Positions 1 through 9,455 of a stretch of DNA of 64,000 nucleotides are shown one piece after another (the first letter of the stretch is position 1; each line of letters begins with the position of its first letter). The stretch is from positions 1 to 64,000 of the forward strand of contig CAMTVD010000018.1 of assembly GCA_947085095.1 (NCBI GenBank). The letters run 5' to 3'. The position numbers and the translations under genes are program-made. Under the pieces are notes generated by a model. The model saw nothing but the letters and a program-made list of their open reading frames with translations, had not been told where the DNA came from and searched no databases. This stretch comes from an uncultured Thermus sp. GTDB taxonomy: Bacteria; Deinococcota; Deinococci; Deinococcales; Thermaceae.

Positions 1-2627
1 ACGTTGAGAAGCTTGGCTACGTCGTCAAAGTGGAGGCCGGTGGTGGGCTCGTCCAGGATGTAAAGGGTGCGGCCTGTGGCCTTGCGGCCCAGCTCCGTGG
101 CCAGCTTGATGCGCTGGGCCTCACCCCCCGAGAGGGTGGGGGAGGGCTGGCCCAGGCGCATGTAGCCCAGGCCCACGTCCACCATGAGCTGGAGCTTTCG
201 GGCGATGGTGGGAACGTTCTGGAAAAACTCCAGGGCTTCCTCGGCGGTCATGTCCAGGACGTCGGCGATGCTCTTGCCCCTTAGCTTGACCTCGAGGGTC
301 TCCTTGTTGTAGCGCTTACCCTTGCACACCTCGCAGGGCACGTAGAGGTCAGGCAAAAAGAGCATCTCGATCTTCACCGTGCCGTCGCCCCCGCAGGCCT
401 CGCACCGCCCCCCCTTCACGTTGAAGGAGAAGCGACCCGGGCCATACCCCCTCTTCCTGGCCTCCGGGGTCTTGGCGAAGAGATCGCGGATCTCGTCAAA
501 GATCCCGGTATAGGTGGCGGGGTTGGAGCGAGGGGTGCGGCCGATGGGGGACTGGTCGATCTCGATCACCTTGTCCAGGTGCTCCACCCCCTCCAGGGAT
601 TCGTAGGCCCCCGGAGTGGTTTTGGCCCGCATGAGCCTTTGGGCCAAGGCGGCGTAGAGGACATCGTGGATCAGGGTGCTCTTTCCCGAACCAGAGGGCC
701 CGGTCACCGCCACGAAGCGGCCCAAGGGGATTTTTAAGGTGACGTTTTTCAGGTTGTGCTCCCGGGCTCCCTTAAGCACCAGCCACTTGCCGTTCCCCTT
801 CCTGCGCTCCCTAGGCACGGGGATTCGCTTTTCCCCCCTTAAGTAGGCCCCGGTAAGGCTCTCCTTGCACTTGAGGATCTCCTCCAGGGGTCCTTGGGCT
901 ACCACCTCTCCTCCGTGGATGCCGGCCCCCGGTCCCATGTCCACGATCCAGTCTGCGGCCCGCATGGTTTCCTCGTCATGCTCCACCACGATCAAGGTGT
1001 TTCCAAGCCCCTGGAGGCGCTTCAGGGTCTGGATGAGGCGCTGGTTGTCCCTGGGGTGCAGGCCGATGCTGGGCTCGTCCAGCACGTAAAGCACCCCGGT
1101 GAGGCCGCTTCCCACTTGGGTGGCTAGGCGGATCCGCTGGGCCTCCCCTCCGGAGAGGGTGTTGGCGGCTCGGTCCAGGGTGAGGTAGTCCAGCCCCACC
1201 CCCACCAGGAAGCCCAGCCTTTCCACGATCTCCCGGAGGATGGGGCGGGCGATCTGGGCCTGGAAGGGGGAAAGATGGGCCTCGAGGTTCCGGAAGAACT
1301 CCAGGGCCTCGCGAACGGGCAGGGCCGAAACCTCGGCGATGTTCTTGCCCGCCACCCTTACGGAGAGCACCTCTTTCTTGTAGCGGGTGCCGCCGCACAC
1401 CGGGCAGGGCTTTTGCGACATGAAGCTTTCCAGCACCTCCTTGACCCCTTCGGACTCCGCTTCCTGGTACCGCTTCTGCAACCAGGGGATGACTCCCTCG
1501 TAGTGAACCTCCACCCGGAAGGTTTCCCTGCCTCCCCGGCGGAAGACCACTTCAAAGGGCTCGGGAAGGCCGTAGAGCACGGCCTGCTTGGCCTCCTCCG
1601 GTAAATCCTTGAAGGGGGTTTTGAGGTCGAAGCCCAGGTGCTCCGCCAAGGCCCGAAGCCGGTCCCAGAGGTAGCTTCGCCCCGTATCCCGTCCCCGGGC
1701 CCAGGGCAGGATGGCCCCCTCGGCCAGGGAGAGCTCGGGGTTCACGATGAGCTCGGGGTCAAACTCCTGTTTGAAACCCAAGCCCGAGCAGGCGGGACAG
1801 GCCCCATAGGGGGCGTTGAAGGAGAAGATCCGGGGCTCAAGCTCCTCCAGCACGCTCCCATGCTCCGGGCAGGCGAACTTTTCCGAGTAGAGCTCCTCCT
1901 CGCCCAAATCGGGGTAGAGGACCCGCAGGAGCCCCTCCCCCCGGAGGAGGGCCAGCTCCACCGCCTCGGCGATGCGGGGGCGCTCCTCCTCCTTGAGGAC
2001 CACCCGGTCTATGACCAGGTCAATGTCGTGCTTCTCGTACTTCTCCAGGTTGAGGCTCTGGGCTTCCTCCAACAGGTAGATGACCCCGTCCACCCGCACC
2101 CGGGCGTAGCCCTCCTTCATGAGCTGGGCGAAGAGCTTGCGGTACTCTCCCTTCCTTCCCCGCACCAGGGGGGCCATGAGGATGGCCCGGGTGCCTTGGG
2201 GCTTCTGGAGGAGGCGGTCCGTGATCTCGCTCGCGGACTGCTTCTCAATGGGGCGGCCGCACTCGGGGCAGTAGGCGGTGCCCGCCCGGGCGAAGAGGAG
2301 GCGCAGGTAGTCGTGGATCTCCGTCACCGTGCCCACGGTGGAGCGGGGGTTGTGGCTGGTGGTCTTCTGGTCAATGGAGATAGCGGGGGAGAGGCCCTCA
2401 ATGCTCTCCACCTCGGGTTTTTCCATCACCCCCAGGAACTGGCGGGCGTAGCTGGAGAGGCTTTCCACGTACCGCCTCTGCCCCTCGGCGTAGATGGTGT
2501 CAAAGGCCAGGGTACTCTTCCCTGAGCCCGAGACCCCGGTGATGACGATGAACTTGCCCCTGGGGAGCTCGAGGCTGATGTTCTTCAGGTTGTGCTCCCG
2601 CGCGCCCCGGATGATGATGCGGTCCAT
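1..2627 (-). CDS. uvrA: Excinuclease ABC subunit A (3' end runs off the window)
   Basis: Not in the ORF track. Hand translation from ATG at 2627 gives [16 protein letters not shown]...GVSGSGKS; the window start reads [15 protein letters not shown]...[14 protein letters not shown]. Two ABC domains with Zn fingers. Confidence 0.97.
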   Translation of the reverse strand, partial: MDRIIIRGAREHNLKNISLELPRGKFIVITGVSGSGKSTLAFDTIYAEGQRRYVESLSSYARQFLGVMEKPEVESIEGLSPAISIDQKTTSHNPRSTVGTVTEIHDYLRLLFARAGTAYCPECGRPIEKQSASEITDRLLQKPQGTRAILMAPLVRGRKGEYRKLFAQLMKEGYARVRVDGVIYLLEEAQSLNLEKYEKHDIDLVIDRVVLKEEERPRIAEAVELALLRGEGLLRVLYPDLGEEELYSEKFACPEHGSVLEELEPRIFSFNAPYGACPACSGLGFKQEFDPELIVNPELSLAEGAILPWARGRDTGRSYLWDRLRALAEHLGFDLKTPFKDLPEEAKQAVLYGLPEPFEVVFRRGGRETFRVEVHYEGVIPWLQKRYQEAESEGVKEVLESFMSQKPCPVCGGTRYKKEVLSVRVAGKNIAEVSALPVREALEFFRNLEAHLSPFQAQIARPILREIVERLGFLVGVGLDYLTLDRAANTLSGGEAQRIRLATQVGSGLTGVLYVLDEPSIGLHPRDNQRLIQTLKRLQGLGNTLIVVEHDEETMRAADWIVDMGPGAGIHGGEVVAQGPLEEILKCKESLTGAYLRGEKRIPVPRERRKGNGKWLVLKGAREHNLKNVTLKIPLGRFVAVTGPSGSGKSTLIHDVLYAALAQRLMRAKTTPGAYESLEGVEHLDKVIEIDQSPIGRTPRSNPATYTGIFDEIRDLFAKTPEARKRGYGPGRFSFNVKGGRCEACGGDGTVKIEMLFLPDLYVPCEVCKGKRYNKETLEVKLRGKSIADVLDMTAEEALEFFQNVPTIARKLQLMVDVGLGYMRLGQPSPTLSGGEAQRIKLATELGRKATGRTLYILDEPTTGLHFDDVAKLLN

Positions 2628-2667
2628 CCGTGGAAGTATACCACCCCTTCAGGGTCCAGAGTAGGGC

Positions 2668-3066
2668 CTAAAGGCGGAGGTGGATGAGGGGCACGGGAAG
2701 GCCAGGAGCCCTGGCCAGGGGGCCGTCCGCGGTGAGGATGGGAGCGGAAAGCCTCTGGGCCAGGGCCACGTAAAGGGCCTCGTGGGCGGTGAGGCGGTCC
2801 CTTAGGGCGAAGGCAGGGAGGAGGAGAAGCCCGTGGTCTACCCGGATGAGGGGCCAGCTAAAAAGGTCCTCCAGGGCTTCCCGGGCCCGCGTGGGGGAAA
2901 GGCGTCCGGAAAGGGTGGCCTTGCGCACCACGGCCAAGACCTCGGCGTCCAGCAGGGCCGGGGCGAAGAGGTGCTTCCCTTCCACCAGGGCGGCCACCTG
3001 CTGGCCCAAGGGGGTGCAAAGCAGGTACTCGGCGGCGGCGGAAGCGTCTAGGACGAGGGGGGCCAC
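2668..3066 (-). CDS. VapC-like PIN-domain toxin
   Basis: LVLDAS...DAE...ALYVALA...ILTAD PIN pattern. Likely GTG start at 3066, overlapping the antitoxin. Confidence 0.85.
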   Translation of the reverse strand: MAPLVLDASAAAEYLLCTPLGQQVAALVEGKHLFAPALLDAEVLAVVRKATLSGRLSPTRAREALEDLFSWPLIRVDHGLLLLPAFALRDRLTAHEALYVALAQRLSAPILTADGPLARAPGLPVPLIHLRL

Positions 3067-3281
3067 CTTTCCTCCCGTGCCTCCTCCAGAAGCCTGGCGG
3101 CGGGAAGGCCCAGGTCCACAGGAGACCGCTGGGCCAGGCGCTCCCGCCACTCAGCCTCATCCAGCGCCCGTTCCAGGGCCTTTAGGACGAACTCGCTCAG
3201 GCTGAGGCCCCTGGCCCGGGCCTGGCGCACCAGGCGGGCCTTTAGGTCCTCGGGTACCCTCTTCACCTGAAGGGTGCTCAT
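3048..3281 (-). CDS. Ribbon-helix-helix antitoxin (FitA/VapB-like)
   Basis: 77 aa, MSTLQVKRVPEDLKARL...ARARGLSLSEF, directly upstream of the PIN gene. Confidence 0.85.
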   Translation of the reverse strand: MSTLQVKRVPEDLKARLVRQARARGLSLSEFVLKALERALDEAEWRERLAQRSPVDLGLPAARLLEEAREERWPPSS

Positions 3282-3282
3282 G

Positions 3283-3311
3283 GCATGATTATAGCATGCT
3301 AAACTGAGCCC
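3283..3311. promoter_or_regulatory. Back-to-back -10 elements with a GCATG-N7-CATGC inverted repeat (probable TA operator)
   Basis: TATAAT on the - strand (3288-3293) and TAAACT on the + strand (3300-3305), each 6 nt from an ATG. The inverted repeat brackets the TA -10. Confidence 0.6.
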
Positions 3312-4343
3312 ATGGCCTCCTGGATGCTCCGGGAAGCGGAGGAAGCCCCAAAGGCGGTGGAGCGCCTCCTAAGGGAGAACGAGGCCGAGGTGCGGAGCCT
3401 GGCCGCCTTTTTGCGAAGGAGGCCTCCGGCCTTGGTCCTCACCGTGGCCCGGGGGAGCTCGGACCACGCCGCCCTCTACGCCAAGTACCTCTTTGAGGCC
3501 CGCCTGGAGTGGCCCGTCCTCTCCTTGGCCCCTTCCATCCTCACCCTCTACGGGGCGAGGCCCAAGGCCCCCCTGCCAAGCCTCCTCCTGGCCTATAGCC
3601 AAAGCGGGGAGAGCCCGGACGTGGTGGAGGCGGTGCGGGCCTATAGGGGGGCGGGGGTCCTCACCGTGGCCCTGGTGAACCGGGAAGATAGCCCCTTGGC
3701 CCGGGCGGCGGAAGTGGTCCTGCCCCTCCACGCCGGGGAGGAGCGGGCCGTGGCCGCCACCAAGAGCTTTTTGGCCATGCTGGCCGCCACCGCCCACCTC
3801 CTGGCTCACCTCCTGGAGGACGGCCGTCTAAGGGGAACCCTTCCCGTTTTGCCCGAGGCCCTGCACCGGGCTTTGGAAGCGGAGGGGAGCCTGGAGTATT
3901 TGGTGGAGGGGGAGAACCTCTTCGTCCTGGGGCGGGGCCTGGTCCTCCCCGTGGCCCTCGAGGCCGCCCTCAAGCTCAAGGAGGTGGCGGGCCTGCACGC
4001 GGAGGGGCTTTCCGCCGCCGAGTTCCTCCACGGGCCCAGGGCCCTCCTGGAGCCGGGCTTCCCCCTCCTGGCCCTGGTGCAGAAGGACCCTGCCTTGGAG
4101 GGAGTGCTGGCAACCCTCGAGGGCCTGAAGATCAAGGGGGCCCACCTCCTGGTCCTTTCCCCCGAGCCCGAGGCCCTGGCCCTGGCGGATACCCCCCTGC
4201 GCCTTCCCGCGGCCCTCTTGCCCGAGCTCACCCCCCTCCTCCTGGCCCAGGCCTTCTACCCCCTGGCCGAGGCCCTGGCCCGGGCCCGGGGCCTGGACCC
4301 GGACCGGCCCCGCCACCTCACCAAGGTGACCCGGACCCTCTAA
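3312..4343 (+). CDS. Double-SIS sugar-phosphate isomerase/deaminase (GlmS C-terminal-like; probable glucosamine-6-phosphate deaminase NagB-II)
   Basis: ARGSSDHA, SQSGES, AVAATKSF, EAALKLKE, EFLHGP and DRPRHLTKVT motifs; no glutaminase domain. Confidence 0.85.
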   Translation: MASWMLREAEEAPKAVERLLRENEAEVRSLAAFLRRRPPALVLTVARGSSDHAALYAKYLFEARLEWPVLSLAPSILTLYGARPKAPLPSLLLAYSQSGESPDVVEAVRAYRGAGVLTVALVNREDSPLARAAEVVLPLHAGEERAVAATKSFLAMLAATAHLLAHLLEDGRLRGTLPVLPEALHRALEAEGSLEYLVEGENLFVLGRGLVLPVALEAALKLKEVAGLHAEGLSAAEFLHGPRALLEPGFPLLALVQKDPALEGVLATLEGLKIKGAHLLVLSPEPEALALADTPLRLPAALLPELTPLLLAQAFYPLAEALARARGLDPDRPRHLTKVTRTL

Positions 4344-4669
4344 AAGACCTTCTCCCCCAGGGGCACCTCCCGCTCGGGGGCGAGGAGGACCACCCGGCCT
4401 TCTCCGTCCTTCACCCCCAGGACCAGGACCTCGGAGGGAAAGCCGGCGATGGGGCGGACCCCCAGGTTCACCGCCGCCACCACCAGGCGGCCCGTTAGGT
4501 CCTCCGGGCGGTAGAGGTCCGTGATCTGGGCGGCGCTCCTTTTCACCCCCAGAGGGCCAAAGTCTATCCAGAGCCTGTAGCTGGGCTTCCTGGCCTTCTC
4601 GTGGGGCTCGGCCTTGAGGATGCGCCCCACCCTAAGGTCCAGGACCTGGAAAGCCTGCAGGGGGTCCAT
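4340..4669 (-). CDS. csaA: CsaA/Trbp111 tRNA-binding OB-fold chaperone
   Basis: MDPLQAFQVLDLRVGRI...IDFGPLGVKRSAAQIT...SEVLVLG; true start at ATG 4669. Confidence 0.9.
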   Translation of the reverse strand: MDPLQAFQVLDLRVGRILKAEPHEKARKPSYRLWIDFGPLGVKRSAAQITDLYRPEDLTGRLVVAAVNLGVRPIAGFPSEVLVLGVKDGEGRVVLLAPEREVPLGEKVF

Positions 4670-4683
4670 ACCCCGAGTGTGGC

Positions 4684-4713
4684 AAAAAGGGAAGCCCCCG
4701 GCAAGGGGGCTCT
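4684..4713 (-). terminator. Intrinsic terminator after the CAT tRNA
   Basis: AGCCCCC-TTGCC-GGGGGCT hairpin followed by TCCCTTTTT on the - strand. Confidence 0.75.
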
Positions 4714-4790
4714 TGGTGGGCCGTGCAGGACTTGAACCTGCAACCAACCGGTTATGAGCCGGCCGCTCTGACCCATTGAGCTAACGGCCC
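4714..4790 (-). tRNA. tRNA with CAT anticodon, most likely tRNA-Ile2 (lysidine-modified)
   Basis: GGGCCGTTAGCTCAA...CTCATAA...GGTTCAAGTCC...CGGCCCACCA cloverleaf. The paired first base pair rules out fMet, and the acceptor stem resembles Ile2; elongator Met is not fully excluded. Confidence 0.9.
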
Positions 4791-4877
4791 GCGCCAGCGG
4801 CTTATTTTAGCACAACCCACCCCTCTGTCCCAATGCCTTGGCCCCTGGGGTGTATACTTCCTCTTGGAGGTGAACCC

Positions 4878-5069
4878 ATGACCGTAAACGAGAGCACCAC
4901 CGATCGGGTGATTCGTTTTGTGCTGGCCTTGGTCCTCTTCTACTTCGCCTTCCAGTCCGCTTCCCCTTGGAACTGGATCCTGGGCCTTTTGGCCGTGGTC
5001 CTCCTCTTCACCGCCGTCACCGGCTTCTGCGCCCTTTATAGGATCCTCGGCATCAGCACCAAGCGGTGA
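4878..5069 (+). CDS. DUF2892/YgaP-like small membrane protein
   Basis: MTVNESTTDRVIR...TGFCALYRILGIST with GGAGG RBS. Confidence 0.85.
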   Translation: MTVNESTTDRVIRFVLALVLFYFAFQSASPWNWILGLLAVVLLFTAVTGFCALYRILGISTKR

Positions 5070-5590
5070 GCTTTCCCGTGGCCCCCGGGGACTTCGTGCG
5101 GGTGGAGTTCTTTAAGTTCCCGGGGGACGAGCTTCACTACTGGTGGGAGGCCCGGGTGGTGGAGGTGCGGGAGGAGGGGGTCCTCACCCTCCTGCCCCAG
5201 GGTGGGGTTTTCCACCACGTGGGCAAGGGAAAGGCGGTGGTCCTGGACCACGAGGCCTACGTGGCCTTCTTTCCCGGGGCCTGGTACTCCGGGGGGCCCG
5301 ACGTGCGGGAGGGGAAGGTCCTGGAGTACTACTGGAACGTCCAGACCCCTCCCCTTTGGACGGGGGAGGGCTTCCGCCAGTACGACCTGGAGCTGGACGT
5401 GAGGTGCCGGGCCGACCACACCTGCCAGGTCTTTGACCGGGAGGAGTTCCTGGCCAAGCGCTCCCTTTACCCGGCGGCGTGGGTGGCCCGGGCCGAGGAG
5501 GCGGTGGAGGCCATCCTCCGCCACATGCGGGAGGGGCGGTGGCCCGTTCTGCCCCCTGGGGAGCCCCTTCCCTGGATGCCCAGGGTCTAG
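5066..5590 (+). CDS. DUF402 family protein
   Basis: YYWNVQTP...YDLELDV...FDREEF pattern; GTGA overlap with the upstream gene. Confidence 0.75.
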   Translation: MSFPVAPGDFVRVEFFKFPGDELHYWWEARVVEVREEGVLTLLPQGGVFHHVGKGKAVVLDHEAYVAFFPGAWYSGGPDVREGKVLEYYWNVQTPPLWTGEGFRQYDLELDVRCRADHTCQVFDREEFLAKRSLYPAAWVARAEEAVEAILRHMREGRWPVLPPGEPLPWMPRV

Positions 5591-6606
5591 GGCCCGTACT
5601 GGGGAAGGGAGGAGGGAGGGGCCTCTGTCCCTCCCAGCCCCCAGACCTTTAGGGGCAGGAGGCGCTTGCCCTCCAGGTGCCAGCGCCCCTCCAGGGCCAC
5701 CTGGTAGAAGAGCCCTTTGAAGAAGCCGTGGAAGCTGTCCTCCCAGGTTTCCAGGTTCTGGGCCCTAAGGGGGTGGTTGTGCCAGGCGGGGCCCAGGTGG
5801 TAGAGCCAGGGGTCCTCCAGGGGGCGGGTGTCCTCTGGGGGAAGGCCCAAGAGGGCGTTGAAGTAGCCTCTTAGGCGGCTTGCGGTGAAGAGGAGGTTGG
5901 GGTAGGGGTCCAGGAGGGCGTCCCGGGCCTCGGCCTCGGTTTTGGGGAAGGGCCTCACGGGGTCCCAGGCCCCAAAGCGCTTTAGGCGGGCCTCCTGCTT
6001 GAGGGCATCCTCCCAGCTCATCTGGGCCAGGCCCAGGGTGCGGCTGAAGGGGGCCTGGCCTGGAAGCTCCGAAAGCCCCAGGGCCAGGCCGTCCGCCACC
6101 TCCCTTACCCCCCGGGAAAGCCCCAGGGCCTTATCCCCCCCGTACTGCTCGTTGTCCACGATGGCGGCCAGCACCCCAAAGGGGATCCGCAAGGCCCCCG
6201 CTGCTGCCCGGATTTCCCGGGCGTGGGGCAGGACGTGGTGGGGGGCGGCGGGCAGGCCGGAGAGGTCCACCGGGAGCCCTCGCTGGGCCTGGCCGATGGC
6301 CCGGACCCAGAGGTGGGCGGCCTGGAGGGCCTCTTTGGGGCTTTGGAAGGCGGAGCGCTTGCCCAAAAGCTGGTTCCTGATTTCCAGGCGCAGCAAGCGG
6401 TCGTAGGCCCGGGCCGCCTCCTCTCCCAAGAGCAGATGGAGGCTGGCCTTGTTGGCCAGGTGCCGGGCCACCAGAAGCTCCCGCTCCTCCTTAGGGTAGG
6501 GGAGGAGTTCCCGGAGGCTTGGGGAAGCGGGGGAAGGAGGGGGGAGGGGTGCAACCAGGAAGAGGAGGAGGGGGAAGAGCAGGGCGGGCCAGGGGCCCCG
6601 GGGCAT
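5587..6606 (-). CDS. Exported protein with a lytic transglycosylase/lysozyme-like domain
   Basis: Hydrophobic N-terminus plus Pro linker; LAAIVDNE...LGLAQM...LLDPYPNL resembles SLT motifs. Confidence 0.55.
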   Translation of the reverse strand: MPRGPWPALLFPLLLFLVAPLPPPSPASPSLRELLPYPKEERELLVARHLANKASLHLLLGEEAARAYDRLLRLEIRNQLLGKRSAFQSPKEALQAAHLWVRAIGQAQRGLPVDLSGLPAAPHHVLPHAREIRAAAGALRIPFGVLAAIVDNEQYGGDKALGLSRGVREVADGLALGLSELPGQAPFSRTLGLAQMSWEDALKQEARLKRFGAWDPVRPFPKTEAEARDALLDPYPNLLFTASRLRGYFNALLGLPPEDTRPLEDPWLYHLGPAWHNHPLRAQNLETWEDSFHGFFKGLFYQVALEGRWHLEGKRLLPLKVWGLGGTEAPPSSLPQYGP

Positions 6607-6609
6607 AGG

Positions 6610-7158
6610 CTACTTCCCGGGTTCTTCCACCGGGGTTGGGGGTACCTCCACCGTGGCCTCCACCGGGTAGCCCACGTAGGTGCGGCGGCCCCCCATGGTC
6701 CTTTCCAGCACCTCCCGCCACTCCGGGAGGTTGAGGAAGCGGTCCGCCTGGTTACGGAGCTCGAGGTCCGAAAGCTCATGGAGACCCAGGAGGTAGACTT
6801 CCTTGCCTAGGGCCCTGAGGGCGTGGAAGGTGTGGGCCAGGTCCCCGGAGCCGCTGGCCACGATGGCCCGGTCCCAGCGGGGGGCGGTGGTGAGGAGGTC
6901 GGTGGCCATCATGGCTTCAAACCGGCCCTCCCCCCGCACCAGGCGGCTCCGCACCGTGTAGCCCATGAAGACCAGGGCGTCTATGAAGCGCTGCTGACGC
7001 TCGTCCTCGGGGTCGGTTATGGGGACGTAGTAAAAGGCGTTGTAGAGCTGCTCCGGGGTGGCGAACTGGGTGATGACCCGCCGGTGGTCCACGTTCCAGC
7101 CCAGGCGCTTGGCTGCCTGGTACATGTAAGACCCGTCAATAAAGAGGGCAACCCGCAT
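6610..7158 (-). CDS. NYN/LabA-DUF88 (PIN-like) domain protein
   Basis: MRVALFIDGSY...ASGSGDL...GKEV...LRNQADRF. Confidence 0.8.
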   Translation of the reverse strand: MRVALFIDGSYMYQAAKRLGWNVDHRRVITQFATPEQLYNAFYYVPITDPEDERQQRFIDALVFMGYTVRSRLVRGEGRFEAMMATDLLTTAPRWDRAIVASGSGDLAHTFHALRALGKEVYLLGLHELSDLELRNQADRFLNLPEWREVLERTMGGRRTYVGYPVEATVEVPPTPVEEPGK

Positions 7159-7217
7159 GGTGGTCTCATCTTAACGGAAAAGGGCCCTGGCTGTGCCAGG
7201 GCCCAGGGGGGCCGCCT

Positions 7218-8225
7218 TCAGGCGGGGGCCTTCTCCTCCGCCTTCTCCGAGGAGTGCCCGGGGTTCACCTTGAGGGCGGGGTTGGCGTAGGCGGCGGCGT
7301 GGTTAGCGGCGATGGCCGCTTCCCCGAAGCCCAGGACGATCAGGGGGAGCTTGCCGGGGTAGGTGACGATGTCCCCGCAGGCGTAGATCCCGGGAATGCT
7401 GGTGGCCATGGTGGTGTCCACCTTGATCTTGTTCTTCTCCAGCTCCAGGCCCCAGTTCGCCAGGGGTCCCAGCTTGGTGAGGTAACCCGCCAGGATGAGG
7501 ACGGCGTCCACCTCCAGCTCCATCTCTTCCTGGGTCTGGTTTTGGAAGATGACCGCCTTCTTCACCCAGGTGTCCCCCTCGAGGCGGCGCACCTCATAGG
7601 GGGTGAGGACTTTGAGGTGGCCCTCCGCGTGGGCCTTCATCAGCTCCTGGACGCTGGCCTCGTGGGCCCGGAACTGGGGACGGCGGTGGATGAGGGTGAT
7701 CTCTTTGGCGGTGCCCAGCAGGTTAAGGGCCCAGTCCACGGCGCTGTCCCCCCCGCCCACGATCAGGATCCGTTTCCCCTGGAACTCGGCCTTGGCCTTC
7801 ACCGCGTAGTAGACCCCCTTGCCCTCCAGTTCCTTCTCTCCTGGGGCCCCCAGGCGCCTGGGCTCAAAGGCCCCCACCCCGGCGGCGATGATCACCGCCT
7901 TGGCGGTGAAGGTGTTGCCCAAGGAGGTGGTCACCTTGAAGAGGCCGTCCTCCTTGGTGAGGGTTTCCGCCCGCTCCCCCAGGTTGTAGATGGGGCCAAA
8001 GGGGGCCACCTGCTCCACCAGGCCCTTGACCAGGTCTCGGGCGTAGACCTTGGGAAAGCCCGCCACGTCGTAGATGTACTTTTCCGGGTAGAGGGCGGAT
8101 AGCTGCCCTCCCGGCTCCGGCAGGGGGTCTATGAAGCGGAAGGAAAGCCCCCGCATGCCCACGTAGAACCCTGCGAAAAGCCCCGCAGGCCCGGCGCCGA
8201 TGATGATCACGTCCGTGTGCTCCAT
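7218..8225 (-). CDS. Ferredoxin-NADP+ reductase (TrxR-type, YumC-like)
   Basis: [25 protein letters not shown] and [10 protein letters not shown]; no CxxC. Confidence 0.9.
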   Translation of the reverse strand: MEHTDVIIIGAGPAGLFAGFYVGMRGLSFRFIDPLPEPGGQLSALYPEKYIYDVAGFPKVYARDLVKGLVEQVAPFGPIYNLGERAETLTKEDGLFKVTTSLGNTFTAKAVIIAAGVGAFEPRRLGAPGEKELEGKGVYYAVKAKAEFQGKRILIVGGGDSAVDWALNLLGTAKEITLIHRRPQFRAHEASVQELMKAHAEGHLKVLTPYEVRRLEGDTWVKKAVIFQNQTQEEMELEVDAVLILAGYLTKLGPLANWGLELEKNKIKVDTTMATSIPGIYACGDIVTYPGKLPLIVLGFGEAAIAANHAAAYANPALKVNPGHSSEKAEEKAPA

Positions 8226-8296
8226 GGCCGCACCTCTTCCGGCATTCTAAGGCCTTGCCCCGCTGGGGGCGCTCCCTTTTTTTGAAGGGACAAACC

Positions 8297-9328
8297 TCAG
8301 TCCACCCCGAGGACCACCTTGCCGAAGACCCGCCTTTCTTCCAGGAGGCGGTGGCCCTCGGCGGCGGCCTCGAGGGGGAGGACCTGTCCGATCACGGGCC
8401 TTAGCCTTCCCGCCTCCACCATGCGCAGGATGGGGAAGAGGCGGCTTTTGGAGCCCATGGTGGAGCCCAGGATGGCGAGCTGGCGGAAGAAGACGTGAGC
8501 GAAGGGCAGGGTCCCCTCGTACCCCGAGGAGGCCCCGGCGATGGCGATCCTCCCCCCGTTGGCCGTGGCCTTGATGACCCCTTCAAAGTAGAGGGCCCCG
8601 GTGTGGTCCACCACCTTGTCCGCCCCCTTGCCCCCCGTGAGGCGGCGCACCTCCTTGAACCAGTCGGGGTGGGTGTAGTTGACCACCTCGTCGGCCCCAA
8701 GCTCCAGGGCCTTCCGCAGCTTGTCCTCTGAGCCGGCGGTGGCGATGACCCGCCCGCCGAAGAGCTTGGCGATCTGGATGGCGGCCACGCTCACCCCGCT
8801 CCCCGCGGCCATCACCAGGACATCGTCCCCGGGGCGCACCGCAAGCTTATCCACCACCATCTGCCAGGCGGTGAGGAAGGTGAGGGGGATGGCGGCCGCC
8901 TCCACAAAGGAGAGGTTTTGTGGTTTCTTGAGGAGGTTCACCTCAGGCACCACCAGGTACTCGGCGTAGGCCCCGTGGCGGTGCTCCCCCAGGATCTCGT
9001 AGTGGGGGCAGAGGTTGTCCTCCCCGGAAAGGCAACGCTCGCAGTGGCCACAAGAGAGCCCCGGGTTCACCACCACCTCGTCCCCCGGGGCGAAGGCGGT
9101 CACTCCCGGCCCCACGGCCTCCACCACCCCGCTGGCGTCCGCCCCCAGGATGTGGGGGAGGGGGAGCCTGGGGTTTGCCACTCCCTTTCGCACCCAGATG
9201 TCCAGGTGGTTGAGGGCCGCCGCCTTGACCCGGATGCGCACCTCCTTGGGGCCCGGCTCCGGGGTGGGCATCTCCGTGGGCTTCAGGACCTCTGGGCCGC
9301 CTCGAGTCTCCATCACCACCGCTTTCAT
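8297..9328 (-). CDS. Zinc-binding alcohol dehydrogenase / MDR oxidoreductase
   Basis: LNHLD, structural-Zn motif CGHCERCLSGEDNLC, C-terminal FGKVVL. Confidence 0.9.
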   Translation of the reverse strand: MKAVVMETRGGPEVLKPTEMPTPEPGPKEVRIRVKAAALNHLDIWVRKGVANPRLPLPHILGADASGVVEAVGPGVTAFAPGDEVVVNPGLSCGHCERCLSGEDNLCPHYEILGEHRHGAYAEYLVVPEVNLLKKPQNLSFVEAAAIPLTFLTAWQMVVDKLAVRPGDDVLVMAAGSGVSVAAIQIAKLFGGRVIATAGSEDKLRKALELGADEVVNYTHPDWFKEVRRLTGGKGADKVVDHTGALYFEGVIKATANGGRIAIAGASSGYEGTLPFAHVFFRQLAILGSTMGSKSRLFPILRMVEAGRLRPVIGQVLPLEAAAEGHRLLEERRVFGKVVLGVD

Positions 9329-9391
9329 GCCGCCTCCTTATGCCAGGGATTTTCCCACGCCCAAAGTCCCAGGGTCAAGCGGCGGGCGCTC

Positions 9392-9421
9392 TTGACAAGC
9401 TCCGGAAAGAGCGGATACCCT
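9392..9421 (+). promoter_or_regulatory. Sigma70-type promoter of the ABC operon
   Basis: TTGACA-N18-TACCCT, upstream of a GGAGGAGG RBS. Confidence 0.6.
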
Positions 9422-9455
9422 TACCCTCGTAAGACCTTTGGGAGGAGGACAGCGC

